Under the pieces are notes generated by a model. The model saw nothing but the letters and a program-made list of their open reading frames with translations, did not search any database and had not been told where the DNA came from. The position numbers and the translations under genes are program-made. From Camelus ferus (taxonomy: Eukaryota), in NCBI RefSeq assembly GCF_009834535.1, contig NC_045696.1:37140001-37204000 (forward strand): a stretch of DNA of 64,000 nt. Direction: 5' to 3'. The first letter of the stretch is position 1, and each line of letters opens with the position of its first letter. This document shows positions 23,805 to 36,400 of the stretch, in pieces.

Positions 23805-24754
23805 CTTCTAATACTGTGTGAATAAAAATGATAAACATTTTGTCTTGTTCTTGATCTTAGAGGAAATGCTTTCAATTTTTCACTATTGAATATGATGTTA
23901 GCTATGGGCTTGTTATATCTAGAATTTATTTATGTTGAGGTACATTGTCTTTGTACCCACTTTGTTTTTATCATAAATGGATGTTGATTTTTGTCTGAAG
24001 TTTTTTCTGCATCTATTGAGATAATTTTTATCCTTCCTTTTGTTAATATGGCTTATCATATTGACTGATTTGTGGACATTGAACCATCCTTGCATACCTG
24101 GAATATATATCACTTTATCTTGGTGTATTATCCTTCTTATATATTCTTCAATTCAATTTGTTAATGTTTTGTTAAGGATTTTAGCATCTATATTTATCAG
24201 CTATATTGGCCTGCAGTTTTCTTTTTTGTGGTGTCTTTGTCTGGTTTTGGTATCAGAATAAGAATGGCCTGTGGTATGAGTTTGGAGGTGTTCCCTCCTC
24301 TTCTATTTTTTGGAACAGTTTGAGATGGATAGGTATTAGCTTTCCTATATATGTTTAATAGAATTATCCTGTGAAGCTGTCTGATCCTGAATTTTTGTTT
24401 GTTTGGAAATTTTTGATTAGTGATTCAATTTCAATACTCATAATTGGTTTATATGTTTATCTGTTTCTTCCTGAATCAATCTTGGAAGATTCTATGTTTC
24501 TAGTAATACATCCATTTCTTCAAGATTGTTCAATTTGTTGGATTATAACTGTTCATAGTATTCCCTTATGATTGTTTGTATTTCTGTGATATCAGTTGTA
24601 ATTTTTCCTTTTTCATTTCTTATTATGTCTAAGTCTTTTTTTTTTTTTTCCAATGAGTCTGGGTAAAGACTTACTAGTTTTGCTTATCTTTTCAAAAAAC
24701 TAGCTCTTCATTACACTGATCTCTTCTGTTGCTTTTTCGACCCTATTTTATTTA

Positions 24755-24798
24755 CTTCCTCTGTGTTCCTTATTTCCTTCCTCTGTGTTCCTTATTTC
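24755..24798. repeat. 22-bp perfect tandem duplication in the old L1
   Basis: CTTCCTCTGTGTTCCTTATTTC x2. Confidence 0.9.
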
Positions 24799-27700
24799 CT
24801 TCCCTCTTTTGACTCTGGGCTTTGTTTTTCTTTTTCTAATTCCTTTAGATGATAAGCTACATTGTTAATTTTTCTTGTTTCTTGAAATAGGCCTGTGTTG
24901 CTATAAAACTCTTAGAACTGCTTTTGTTGCATCTCATAGGTTTTGTGAAGCGGTGCTTTACTGTCATTATTCGCAAGAGGTTTCTGACTTTCTCTTTGAT
25001 TTCTTTATTGACCCATTTTTTAGTAGCATGTTGTTCAGACTCCATTTGTTTGTGTTTTTCCCATTTTTTCCTATAATTTATTTCCAATTTTATACTATTT
25101 GGTTTGGAAATGATGCTTGATAATTTTTTTTTCAAACATCTTTTAAATTTGTTGAGACTTGTTTTGTGGCCTACCATGTCATATATCCTGGAGAATATTC
25201 CACGTGCACTTGAAAAGAATGTTTATTCTGCTGTTTTTGGATGAAATGTCCTATGGATACCTATTAACTCCAATTAGTCTATTGTATCATTGAAGGCCAT
25301 GATTTCCTTATTGATTTTCTGTCTGGATAATCCCCCCATTGATATAAGTAGGGTGTTAAAGTACCCTCCTATTATTGTTTTAATGTCAATTTCACCCTTT
25401 ATGACTGTTAATATTTACTTTATGTATTTAGATGCCCGTATATTAGGTGCACATATGTTTACAACTGTTACATCCTCTTGTATTGATTCTTTTCTCATTA
25501 TGTAATGGCTGTCTTTGTTTTTCATTATAGACTTTTAGAGTTTACTTTGTCTGATATGAATGTCGGTACTCCAGCTTTCTTTTTGTTTCCATTTGCATGG
25601 AGTATCTTTTTCTATTCCCTCACTTTCAGACTGTGTTTTTAGTTCTATAATTATTCTCTTATAGGCAGCATATAAATTGATCTTTTTCTTTTAAAAATCC
25701 AATCAGCCATTCTGTGTCTTTTAATTGACACATTTAGTCCATTGATATTTCAGATGATCATTGATGGGTATGTACTATGTATTTCATTTTGTTATTTGCT
25801 TTTTTGGTTGTTTTTGTAGTTTTGCTCTGTTTTCTTATTTTTTTAGTCTCTTCCTCTGTGGCTTGATTTTCTTTAGTGTTTATGTTAGTCTTCTTTTCTG
25901 TCCAATTTTTATCTATCTATTGTAGATTTTTGATTTTTGGTTACCATGGAATTTATATATGTTGACCTATAACTATATCTCGCTATTTTAAACTGGTAGT
26001 CATTTTAAACTGATAAGTCATTTAACTTTAAACAAATTCTAAAAACTCCACATTTTTTACTCTCCAACCTCACATTTTGATGTTTTGTGTTTTTGATGGC
26101 ATATTTTATATCTTCATGTCTATCCCTTAACTGTTTCTTATAGTTAGAATTGATTTTTTAATTTTTGTAACTTCTGTACTAGCTTATTTAAGTGATTAAT
26201 CTACTGCTTTTACTATATATTTCCCTTTACCAGTGAAATTGTTTCCTTCTTATACTTTATTTCTTGTTGGAGGCTTTTTATTCCACTTTAAGAAGACCCT
26301 TTAACACATCTTGGAAGGGCAGTTTAGTACTGATGAACTCTTTTAGATTTTGCTGAATTCTCTTAGATTTTGCTTGTTTGAGAACTTTTCTCTCTCTCCT
26401 TCAATTCTGAATGATAACCTTGCTGGGTAGAGTATCCTAAGTTGAGGGCTTTTTTTTTCCCCCCAGTAATTTAAATATATCATGCCACTCCCTTCTGACC
26501 TGCAGAGTTTATGCTGAAAAATTGATTGATAGCTTTAGAGGGATTCCCTTGTATGTGGCTCTTTGTTTTTCTCTTGCTTCCTTTATAATTTTATTTTATC
26601 TTTAACTTTTGCCATTTTAATATCATATGTCTTGTAGATCTCTTTGGGTTCCTGTTGTTTGGGACTCTGGTATTCCTTTACCTGGATACCTGTTTCTTCT
26701 GTTCTGAAAATTTTTCAGCCATTATCTTACTCAAATGCATTTTCTTCACTTTTCCCCCTCTTTTTCTTCTGGGACCCCTAAAATGCTAATGTTAGTACAT
26801 TCAATGTTGTCTCAGTGATCCATTAAACTATTCTCATGTTTTCCTTTTTGCTGTTCTGATGGAGTGATTTCCATTATTCTATCTCCCAGATTGCTTGTAT
26901 GTTTTTTTTTTAAATCACCTAATCTGCTATTAATTCCTACTAGTGTAGTTGGTTGTTTTTTTTTTTTTTTTTTGTTTTGTTTTGTTTTTTTGTTTTTTTT
27001 TTACAGTTATTGTATTCTTCAGCTCTGGATTTTTAAAAAAATTTCTAGTTCTCTTTTAAAATTCTCACTTTGTTTGTCTATTATTTTCCCCAGCTCAAAG
27101 TATTTTTCTGTTTGATTAGCTTTTTTCAGGCTTTTCTTGTTCTTTCATTTGAAACATATTCCTCTGTTTTTCACTTTAATTTTCTCTGTCTCTATGAAAT
27201 TAGGTGAAACAGTTACCTATCCAAGTCTTGAAGTCATGTCTTTGGGTGAGAATGTCCCTATGCAGTCTGCATATGCCCGACGGCTTTAGTGGGAGACTGG
27301 ATTTGTAGTGAACATGGTTCATGTCTTCTTCTGCAATGTGTTGGTAGACACCACATTGGTAGGTGGTAGGGCTGGAGCTGGAGGAGCTAGAGCTGAGCCG
27401 GGAGCAAGCAGGGGCTTCTCCTATTTTCAGTGGCCATCACCACCCTATCTGAGACATGATCAGGGCCCAAGGGGCTGGAGCAGGAGCCCTGACCCAGTTG
27501 GGATTCTCCCTGGTATGATGGCAGTCTCCACCTTGGTTTGGAGCATGGCAAGGGCCTGAGGGCTTGGAGCTGTACTTAGTGCTGGTTTCACTTTTTCTCG
27601 TGGTGTGCACATCTTGGTTGGCAGCTGTGTTGGGGCTGGAGGGGTTGGTACCACACCGTTGAGCTGCCCCACCCTCACCCAAGTGAACACAGGGATATGC

Positions 27701-30700
27701 TCTGTGGAAGTGGTGGACTCTGTCCCAGAGTTAGTTTGACTCCCTTCAGAATGTGCACACCAAAGCATGAGTCGGCAGTGGCTGCTTCTGCCCCTGAGGC
27801 CGGGCCTGGGTTTGTGCCAGCTCCTTTCCCTCCAGATGTGCACAGTTTCATTGACAAAGCAGTACTGCCTTAGTGGGAAGCAATGCTGGAGCAAGAGGGA
27901 CTGAAGCAAGAGCCCAGTGTGGGCGGCCAACTGGGGTGGTCCTGGTTGGCCAGTCAGAGCCCCAGGAAATTTTCAATCTGTTGCCTCTGCACTGTGAATA
28001 GAAGTAAGCAAGTCCATGTGTATGCTTTTTAAGAGTGGAGGCTCAGTTTCTTACTGTCCTCTAGTAAGCCCCCACTAGTTTTCAAACCCGCTAAGGGAAC
28101 TCATCTTCCCCATATTGGCCCCCTAAAGCTGGGATGCCTAATGTGTAGCTCAAACACCTTGTTCCCTAGGTAAGATATCTGAGCCTGTGATAACCCATTC
28201 CTCTTCTTTGTCCTCTACTAAGGGTGCAGTTCTTGACCAGATTGCTTCTCCTTCAAACTCTGGTGTTCCTTCTTTACAGCCTTGTTTGTAAAAGAGCTAT
28301 TCTGTTAGTTCCTAGGTTGATTTCAGTGAGAGTTGTTTTGTATCTGCATTTGTAGTTTTGATATGTTCATGAGGGGAGGTGAGCCCACTGTCCTCTTGCT
28401 CTGCCATCTTGATCTCTCTCTAATGCATGGCCCTTTGTTTCAATGAGTCATAGCCAAGAGTAATCACTGGACTTAATTGAATTTATAAAAAGATGGCCTA
28501 TGCCTTTTTGAAAACAAAACAATCATAAATGAATAAGCAAGTGATAGCCTTTGGCCACCTTGAGTCTTTAGCAGTGCCCCACATTTTTCCTCTGTGATAA
28601 ATATCCCGCAGTATGTTGATAATGGAAGCATAATATTAAAGGTATTTCACTGATAAATAAAATAATTTTTAATCTCTTTGAGTTTTCAGCCTATCTTTAA
28701 TTAAATACTTTTGCCAGATAACAAAACATACAATTTTGGGGCAAGGCATGAAAAAAAAATGTGTTTTTCACTGATTTCCATGTTAGTTGTATTTCTGCCA
28801 ATAAAGATGGATTCCTAGTTTGTCATTTATGAACTAGGGAAAAAAGTCTGGCCTGTGTAAATATTTATTGTGAGTCAGTGGAATGTAATTTCTAAAGTTC
28901 CTTTACCCCTCAAATGAGATTTACATTGGTGCATTTGTGTTTTATGATTTATTTCCTAATGCTATGGTACTTATTTTTGATTTCCAAAAGTTTAGTGACT
29001 TTCTAGAATAATGAAAAAGACCCAATATGCACTAGTGAGCTCTGGTAATCTTTTTACAACACAAGGTATAGTTTGTATTTCATTTTCGTTAGTTATTACT
29101 GTGAAAACTATAGTCTTGTTTCAGTCTGTGTACCTTGAAATGCAGTGGGATATATCCATCTGAGTTAGTCATTATGAAAATACTTGCTTGCACAATAAAT
29201 TATTTTACATCTAATTTATGTCAATCTTATAACAAGAATAACAATAGAAAATGCTAGCCTAAATCAGCAATGTAATATATTAGGTCTAAAATGAGCAGCA
29301 GCAACAACAACAATGAACTTAGCATTTCTCAAAATATAAATACTAAAACATATGTGGGGGAAATGCTGAAGCAAATAACTCTGCATTTTAGGAATAATCA
29401 ATTTACAACAATATTGAATAAAGCACATGAAAATATTTGCCATATGGCTTGGATGGGAGAAAAGGGAAACAGCATAGGTTGAATTTCAAGAAGCAAAAAT
29501 CTCTGTTACTGTGGAAATATAGGAAAGAAATTCTGGTAGAACAAAACAAATACTATTCAGAACAGATTTCTAAATCTGGGGAACTTGAGGCAATCTTTAA
29601 AAAGCATCACTACTGGGGAAAAGAAGGGAAAAAAGATAAACTGGCAACTAGGTAGTGAGAGGAAAAATAATGAACAGGGGTATCTTGAGGAACTTTTAAG
29701 ATAAAAGAGGACAAAAGACATAGGAATCACCTTCTTACAAAAAAACAAAAAACAAAAAAAAAAAAAACAAAGGAAGCCACCAGTTAAACTGTCTTTACTA
29801 GACTAATGGAAGGAGATGCTCTTGCATCTTGTCTGAACTATAAATAGACACAAATATTAGTCATTATTGCAAAGCGACTATAACAAAATAAATTCTTAAG
29901 TTAATCCTTTGAGAATTAAACCATGCTAAATGATGAAATTTTTAAAAAATGAAGTAAAAGCAAACTAACACTCTAAAAAGCAGTAAGTATTTACTAACTC
30001 AGGTCTGAAGATATTTAAAAATAAAATATGGGAGAGAAATTCTAAAACTAAGAATAAGTTTTACACAATGAAAGAAATAAAACAAGAATTAATTAAAATC
30101 AGGAAAATAAATGGAAGAAAAATAAAATTTTCTCAGAAATAAAGGCAAAAATATAATGTGCCCAAGAGAATAAAAGGCTATTATGAAAATTGACCCATAC
30201 AGATTTTTTTTTGAAATGAACAAATTGTCAAATGGTCTAGAATTAGATTACTTTTATATTATCTTATCATTTTGTAATGATGGATAAATCATTTATATTT
30301 TCTGTCTCATTTTCTTTTCTGAAAAATATTAATCATTTTCTTATAGTAATAAATTTTATTGCATTTTATGTATTCATTTTTCTTTTATTATTTAAATTCA
30401 GTCAATATATAAAATTAATATTATTCTCCTTCTCCTGCTTTTCCCCAACTGCTAGTTTTGAGTTACCTTTCTGGTGGATCTCTATCATGTCTCTTCTTAC
30501 CTCATATCTGTCTCCTCCAGGGACAAAGTACAAGTCTCTATTATGTTACTAACACCAGCAGAAATACTGTGCAGCATTAGATTAGCAGTGCTGGAAAACT
30601 ATAAGTTTTCTGATACAGATGATGGTCAACAAAACAAGGTTAGGTCAGAGCATATCACTTGGTTATTTTATTTATGGAGAATATGAAGCTGAACAGATGA

Positions 30701-32976
30701 TCACATTGTATATATCTACTTTGCTATGGAAACTGAGTAGTAATCTCTGAACTGACATGGGAGAATGAGTAGGGCATTAATCTCTTCAAGAAGGTCAAGC
30801 CAAATCCAACTTGGCTATCTTTCTATTGACTGTCAATCACTCAATTCCTGTAGCTTTAATAAAACATTTCAGGACACTCCTTTCTATGTTCATGTGCCTT
30901 TACCAGAAAAGTGTGTTTTGTGGGGCTTCAATATTACATACAGAAGATTTTAAAAATGGCTGTTTCATTTCTTGATTAACCTTTTAGAGCTATTAATTCA
31001 TTCAAAATCTCTATAAAGTTTAATCTTTGTTCATAGGATTATTCACTTTCAAATTAGCAATCTATATGATCATCTAAGTAAAAATGTAATCCAAGATACT
31101 TTTCTTGAATCATTTATTTTCTCTGTAAGTTAATGTAAATCTGCACTTTCTCTGACTGAAATTTAACTGTAGATTGCTTCAGGGATAATGAACTGTAACC
31201 AGACTTCTTTAATGAGTATTCACAGTTACATGACTCAAATCAAACTGTTTTTGTACCTACGTGTGACTTAGTCATGAATGTGCTCACTAAAATTACTTAT
31301 AACCACATTGATATTTAGTTCTGAAATGTGCTTATTGTGGCTTCCAGCAAATGTACCTCCTTCGCACTCAGAGATAGTCCAGTGGAGATGTGGCATATAA
31401 TTCAACTCTGTGTATCTGTGGCAAACATGCACAGCAGCTGTGTCCATTCCATCTCTTTTTTATTTGTAACACTAAATAATATATGGTAGGAAAAAAAAGT
31501 GGTGGTGACCGAGTTGTGCCAAAATAAAATGAATCAAGTAAGACAAAATTATAGGAACTCTCATGTGGTAAGATTACTTTCTCAAAGAAAGAGAAGCTAA
31601 GATAGGAAGAGTGTCAGTAAAACAGTGTTATTGTTGAAGGGTTCTCTTCATTTTTATCATTAATGACTAAACATTACACCACTTGGTAGAAAGAATTTTA
31701 CACTGAAATCTATAGGTAAATCTTATCTTAAAAATCTAATTTTTTGGTTGTTTCAATTATTTTAAAATCTCCTTTGAAGCAGAGTTTCAGTAAAATACAC
31801 TTTCTAGTTGGCGAAAGTGCAATCATCTGCTTCCACCTCCCTCCACAGTATAAGACCCTCCATGCATCTATGTAAATTCCTGTTTGAATCCATTTGCAAT
31901 TGTGATCACTGCATTTACCTGTATCTTTATTCCTCCCTACCTCTCTCTGCATCTCTCTTTCTCTGAAGAGGTCTGTCTCTGTTTTTCCTGCTGTGTTTAT
32001 CTTTGTCTTTTCCCATTTCTTTCTTTTTCCCTATCTTTTTGCAATATTGGAAATTATACTCAGAAGGATAAGACTGCAGCTTCCTATTTAGTATGGTGTC
32101 TGGTCTTGAGTCAAAATGTGATTTACCTGACCATGTTTCATTGAGCAACTAGGAAATACTTATGTGTGAGGTAATAGCAAAAAGGTCAGAAAACTCAGAG
32201 TAATTTAAAATCACTGTCTTATTATAGTCAAACATGAATAAAGTAAAATAAATCATTAGTTGAGCATAAGTGTGAATAAATCCAACCTAGTTATTTTTAA
32301 AACCTATAAAATTCATACAAGTTTAATGAAACAAAGTCTATTAACCCAAATACCACCAGAATTCATTAGAGATCATTCTCTCAGACTCAGATAAATGAGT
32401 CTAAGTATGAAATGTAAAAATGTGTGGGAGAGCATCGAAGTTACCTCTTTCAGCACTGTGTTCACTCCCATTTCATGTTATTAATTTAAAATGAATATAA
32501 ACACAGTGTTAATTGAAATGTTATCCTGTGTAGTAGAGCTTTAATGAACAAAAGAGAAATGTCTAAGTCATATAATTGACTTTTTAAAAAAGATCTAATA
32601 GCTTAAAGTCAATTTATGGTTAAGTAGTAATTTTTTTACATTCTTCATTATATAAATTTTGTATTAAATGTTCAAAACTATATTACTTTTGAATTATGCC
32701 AGTACTGAATCAACATTACACACATTCTCAAATAATATAACTTAAATAATTTTTAAATATAAACTGTAATAGTTATTTTTCTAAATTCCAAACTTCAAAC
32801 AAAAGTGAGTATAACCAAAGATTAAGTTACTTTTTCTAGTTTAGTTTTTTTTGTCACCATTACATATTTAATGCTATCAAAATCAAATTGATATAGTGAG
32901 AAAAATAGAGAAAATAAAATACTCATTAAGTCATTTTAATTAGTTTAACTTCATATAAACATTACTTAACAAGTGT

Positions 32977-33413
32977 TGTTGGGCGCATTTCTCAAAAGTA
33001 TGTTAGTATTGATAAAATTAATTGCATATGGAAACTCACAAAATTGAAGCCACCCAAGTGATCTAGCCCACCTCACAAATCCCAACCTAAGTCAGCCTGC
33101 ATTTACAGGAAACATCTGTCAATGAAACCTAATATACACCAATCACAATCCTCCAACTCAGCATTAGCTAGTTCACCTTACCCTGGAAAATAGGACCTGC
33201 TAGTCTTAGAAGGAAATCCCTGACCTTCCAGCCAATCATCGCCTGTTCCCATTTTGCCTCTTCTAACTCTGTAATACTTGCTCTTGCCCAAAATCCATTC
33301 AAAGGGTCCTAAATTGTTTAAGAGGCACTGTATTCCCCAATCCAAGGATTGTTTCCCCTTGAATAAAGGCCATCAAATACATCACTAAATTGTTTTAGTT
33401 TTCTTATTTGATA
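32977..33413 (+). mobile_element. ERV1-like solo LTR
   Basis: Starts TGTT, has two CCAATCA boxes, AATAAA at 33362 and ends TTTGATA. 4-bp TSD GTGT at 32973-32976 and 33414-33417. Confidence 0.75.
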
Positions 33414-33469
33414 GTGTATTTAATGTGACAATTACATTTTAATAACAATATTGTAATTATATATATATA

Positions 33470-36400
33470 TTTTAACAACTACATTGAGATGCATTCACCT
33501 ACCATAAAATTCAACCATTTAAATTTGAATTCAGTGATTTTATCAGATTCTAAGAAGACTTGTACAACAATCCTCACAATATGTTCAAACATTTTTGTCA
33601 TTTCCTAGGAAAACATCTACTCATTAGCAGTTACTCCTCTCTCTACACCCTGCATCTACATAAATGATACATTTCACTCTATGCTTCCCTATTTGCCTAT
33701 TCTTGACTTTTAATATAAATGAAATCATAGAACATGTCATCTTTTGTGAGTGCCTTCTTTTAGCATAATGATTTCAAGGTTCTCATATGTAGCATGTACC
33801 AACACTTCATTCTTTTTTTAATGTGGTATAATATTCCACTTTATCCATTCCTTAGTTAATGGGCATTTGAGTTATTTTCAGTTTGTAATGCTGCTATGAA
33901 CATTCATGAACAAGTTTCCGTGTGGACATATGGTTTGTTTCTCTTAGGGATATACCTGAGAGTGGAATTGCTGGGTTATAGGGTAGCTCTGTGTTTAACT
34001 TCTTGAGGAACTGTCAAAACAGTTTTCCAGAGGCAAGAACCATCTTACATTCTCTCCATTGATGTACAAGGGTTAGAATTATTCTACATCCTTAGCAACA
34101 TCTGTTATTTATATTTTTGATTGCAGTTTTCCTAGTGAGTGTGAAGTGGTATCTCGTTGTCTTGATTTGCATTTTCCTAATGACTAATAATATTGCAATA
34201 ATATCATATACTTATTAGTCATTTGTACATCATCTTTAAGGAAAAACCTATACAAATACTGTATCACTTACTCTTTGGGTAACTTGTCTTTTTTATTACT
34301 GAGTTATGTTTTAAATATTCTGGATGCCAGTCATGTCATATGATTTGTAAATATGGTTACGGGTTATCTTTTATTTTCTTAATGATATTATCTGCAGCAC
34401 AATTTTTTTTAATTTTGAGGTAGTCCAACTTAACTTTTTTTTGTCACATGGCTGTTGGTGTCATCTAATGAACCATTTCCTAAATCAAGACCATAAAAAT
34501 TATGTATCCTTCTAAGAGTTTTATAATTTTAGCTCTTTCATTTAGATTTATGTTCCATTTACAGTTAATTTCTGTGTAAAATGTACTTAAGGACATGACA
34601 GATCCCTTTGCATGTGAATATTCAGTTGTCCCATCACTATTTGTTGAAAAGCAGTATCTTTCCTCATTGAGTTATTTTATCAATCTTATCAGAAGCCAAT
34701 CAGTTATGAATGCTAGGATTTTTTTTTCTGTGCTCTAAATTCTATTCCAATTTTTATGTGTCTGTCCATGTGCTAATACCACATTGTCATGTTCTTGTAC
34801 TTTTTCTAGAAAGTTTTGAAATCTGGATGTGTAAGTCCTCCAACATTTTTTTCCTAGGATTATTTTGACTCTTCTGGATCCCTTCCATTTTCATCTGAAT
34901 CTTAGGACCAGTGTTTCAATTTCTGGAAAAAAAAAAAAAAAAGCAGATGTGATTTTGTCAGCATGTTGTATTTTTTTATTGTATTGAATTTATAGATCAA
35001 TTCTTAACATTAAGTCTTCCAATCCATTAACATGGGATGTCTTTCCAGTTATTTAGTTCTTCTTTAATTACTTTCAATGATGCTATGTGATTTTCAGTGT
35101 ACAAGTCTTACAGTCTTTATGTTACATTTATTCCTAAGTGTTTTGGTATTTTAATAATTTTATAAATGCATTTAAAATTTTATTTTCAGATTGTTAATTG
35201 CTAGTGAATGGAAATAAAAGGTTTCTGAATATTAATCTTATATTTTATAATCTTTTAGACCTTGTTTATTAGTTCTAATAGTTTTTCTCTTTGTGTGTGG
35301 ATTCCTTAGGATTTTCTCTACATAAGATTGTTATCTGCAATCTGGATGCCTTTTATTTATCTTTCTTGTCTAATTGTCATGGGTAGAACTTTCACTACAA
35401 TGTTAACTAAAAGTGGCAAGAGAAGATGTCCTTGCTGTCTTCCTGATTTTAAAGAGAAAATATTTAGTCTTTTACCATTAAGATGATGTCAGCTTGTGAC
35501 TTTTTGGAGATGTCCTTTATGAGTTTTAGGAATTCCCTTAAATGTGTTTTTATAATAAAGTGTGTTGGATTTTGTCAAATGTTATTTTACATTGACTGAT
35601 ATTATTATTTGGTTATCTTTCATTCTATTGAAATGATCTATTACATTAATTGATTTTCACATGTAAAACAAGCTTGAATTTCTTAGACGAAACACATTTG
35701 TTGATAGTATAGTAATTCCTTTTCTGTGTTGCTGATTAAATTTAATACTTCTTGAGCTTTTGGGTTTATATTTAGAAGAAATATTGGTTTGTAGTTTCTG
35801 TCCTTGTGATGTATTTGCCTAGTTATGGCATCTAGGTAATACTGACCTTAGAAAATGATGTGGGAGATAGTCATCTACTTTCTATTTTTGGAAGAGTTTA
35901 ATGAAGAACTGATGTTAATTCTTTAAACGGCTGATTGAATTTTCCAGTAAAGTAAATTCAGTCCTGGGCTTTTCTTTGTAGGAAGTTTAAAATGACTAAT
36001 TCAGCAGTATTTTCTTCCTATAGTTCTATGCAAATGTTTTATTTCTTTTTTAATGAGTTTGGTAGTTTATGTTTTATTAGAAGTCAATTTAATAAAATTA
36101 TTTAATTTTAAAATATACTCTTTAGTTCTTTTTTGGTCATTAAGTGATAGCACCTCTTTCATTCCTGATTTTAATAATTTCAGTCTTACTACTTTTTTAT
36201 TGGGTTGGCTATCTAGAAGGTTGTCAATTTTTTTTATATTTTTAAAGAGCCAATCTTTGCTTTTGTTGATTTTGGTCTATTAACAATAGTGTATATTTTA
36301 CTCAAATTCACTTATTTCTGCTTTAATCATTTTTTAAAATTCTCAATGTTTGGGAGTTAATTTGCTCTGTATTTTTAAAAATTTTCCAACGTGGATGATG

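Larger units (their letters stand above)
20800..28420 (-). mobile_element. Older full-length, decayed LINE-1 with 5'UTR
   Basis: 3'UTR near 20800-21750; continuous ORF2-like sequence including remnant ORFs 23919-24113 (IPGMQGWFN) and 24857-25177 (GHKTSLNKFK); ORF1-like 26290-27150; GC-richer 5'UTR 27250-28420 ending GCCATCTTG at ~28403. Boundaries approximate. Confidence 0.9.

Noticed and set aside
27308..27930. Cluster of ORFs up to 156 aa
   Set aside because: They lie in the GC-richer 5'UTR of the old L1 and show no protein similarity I can recognise.
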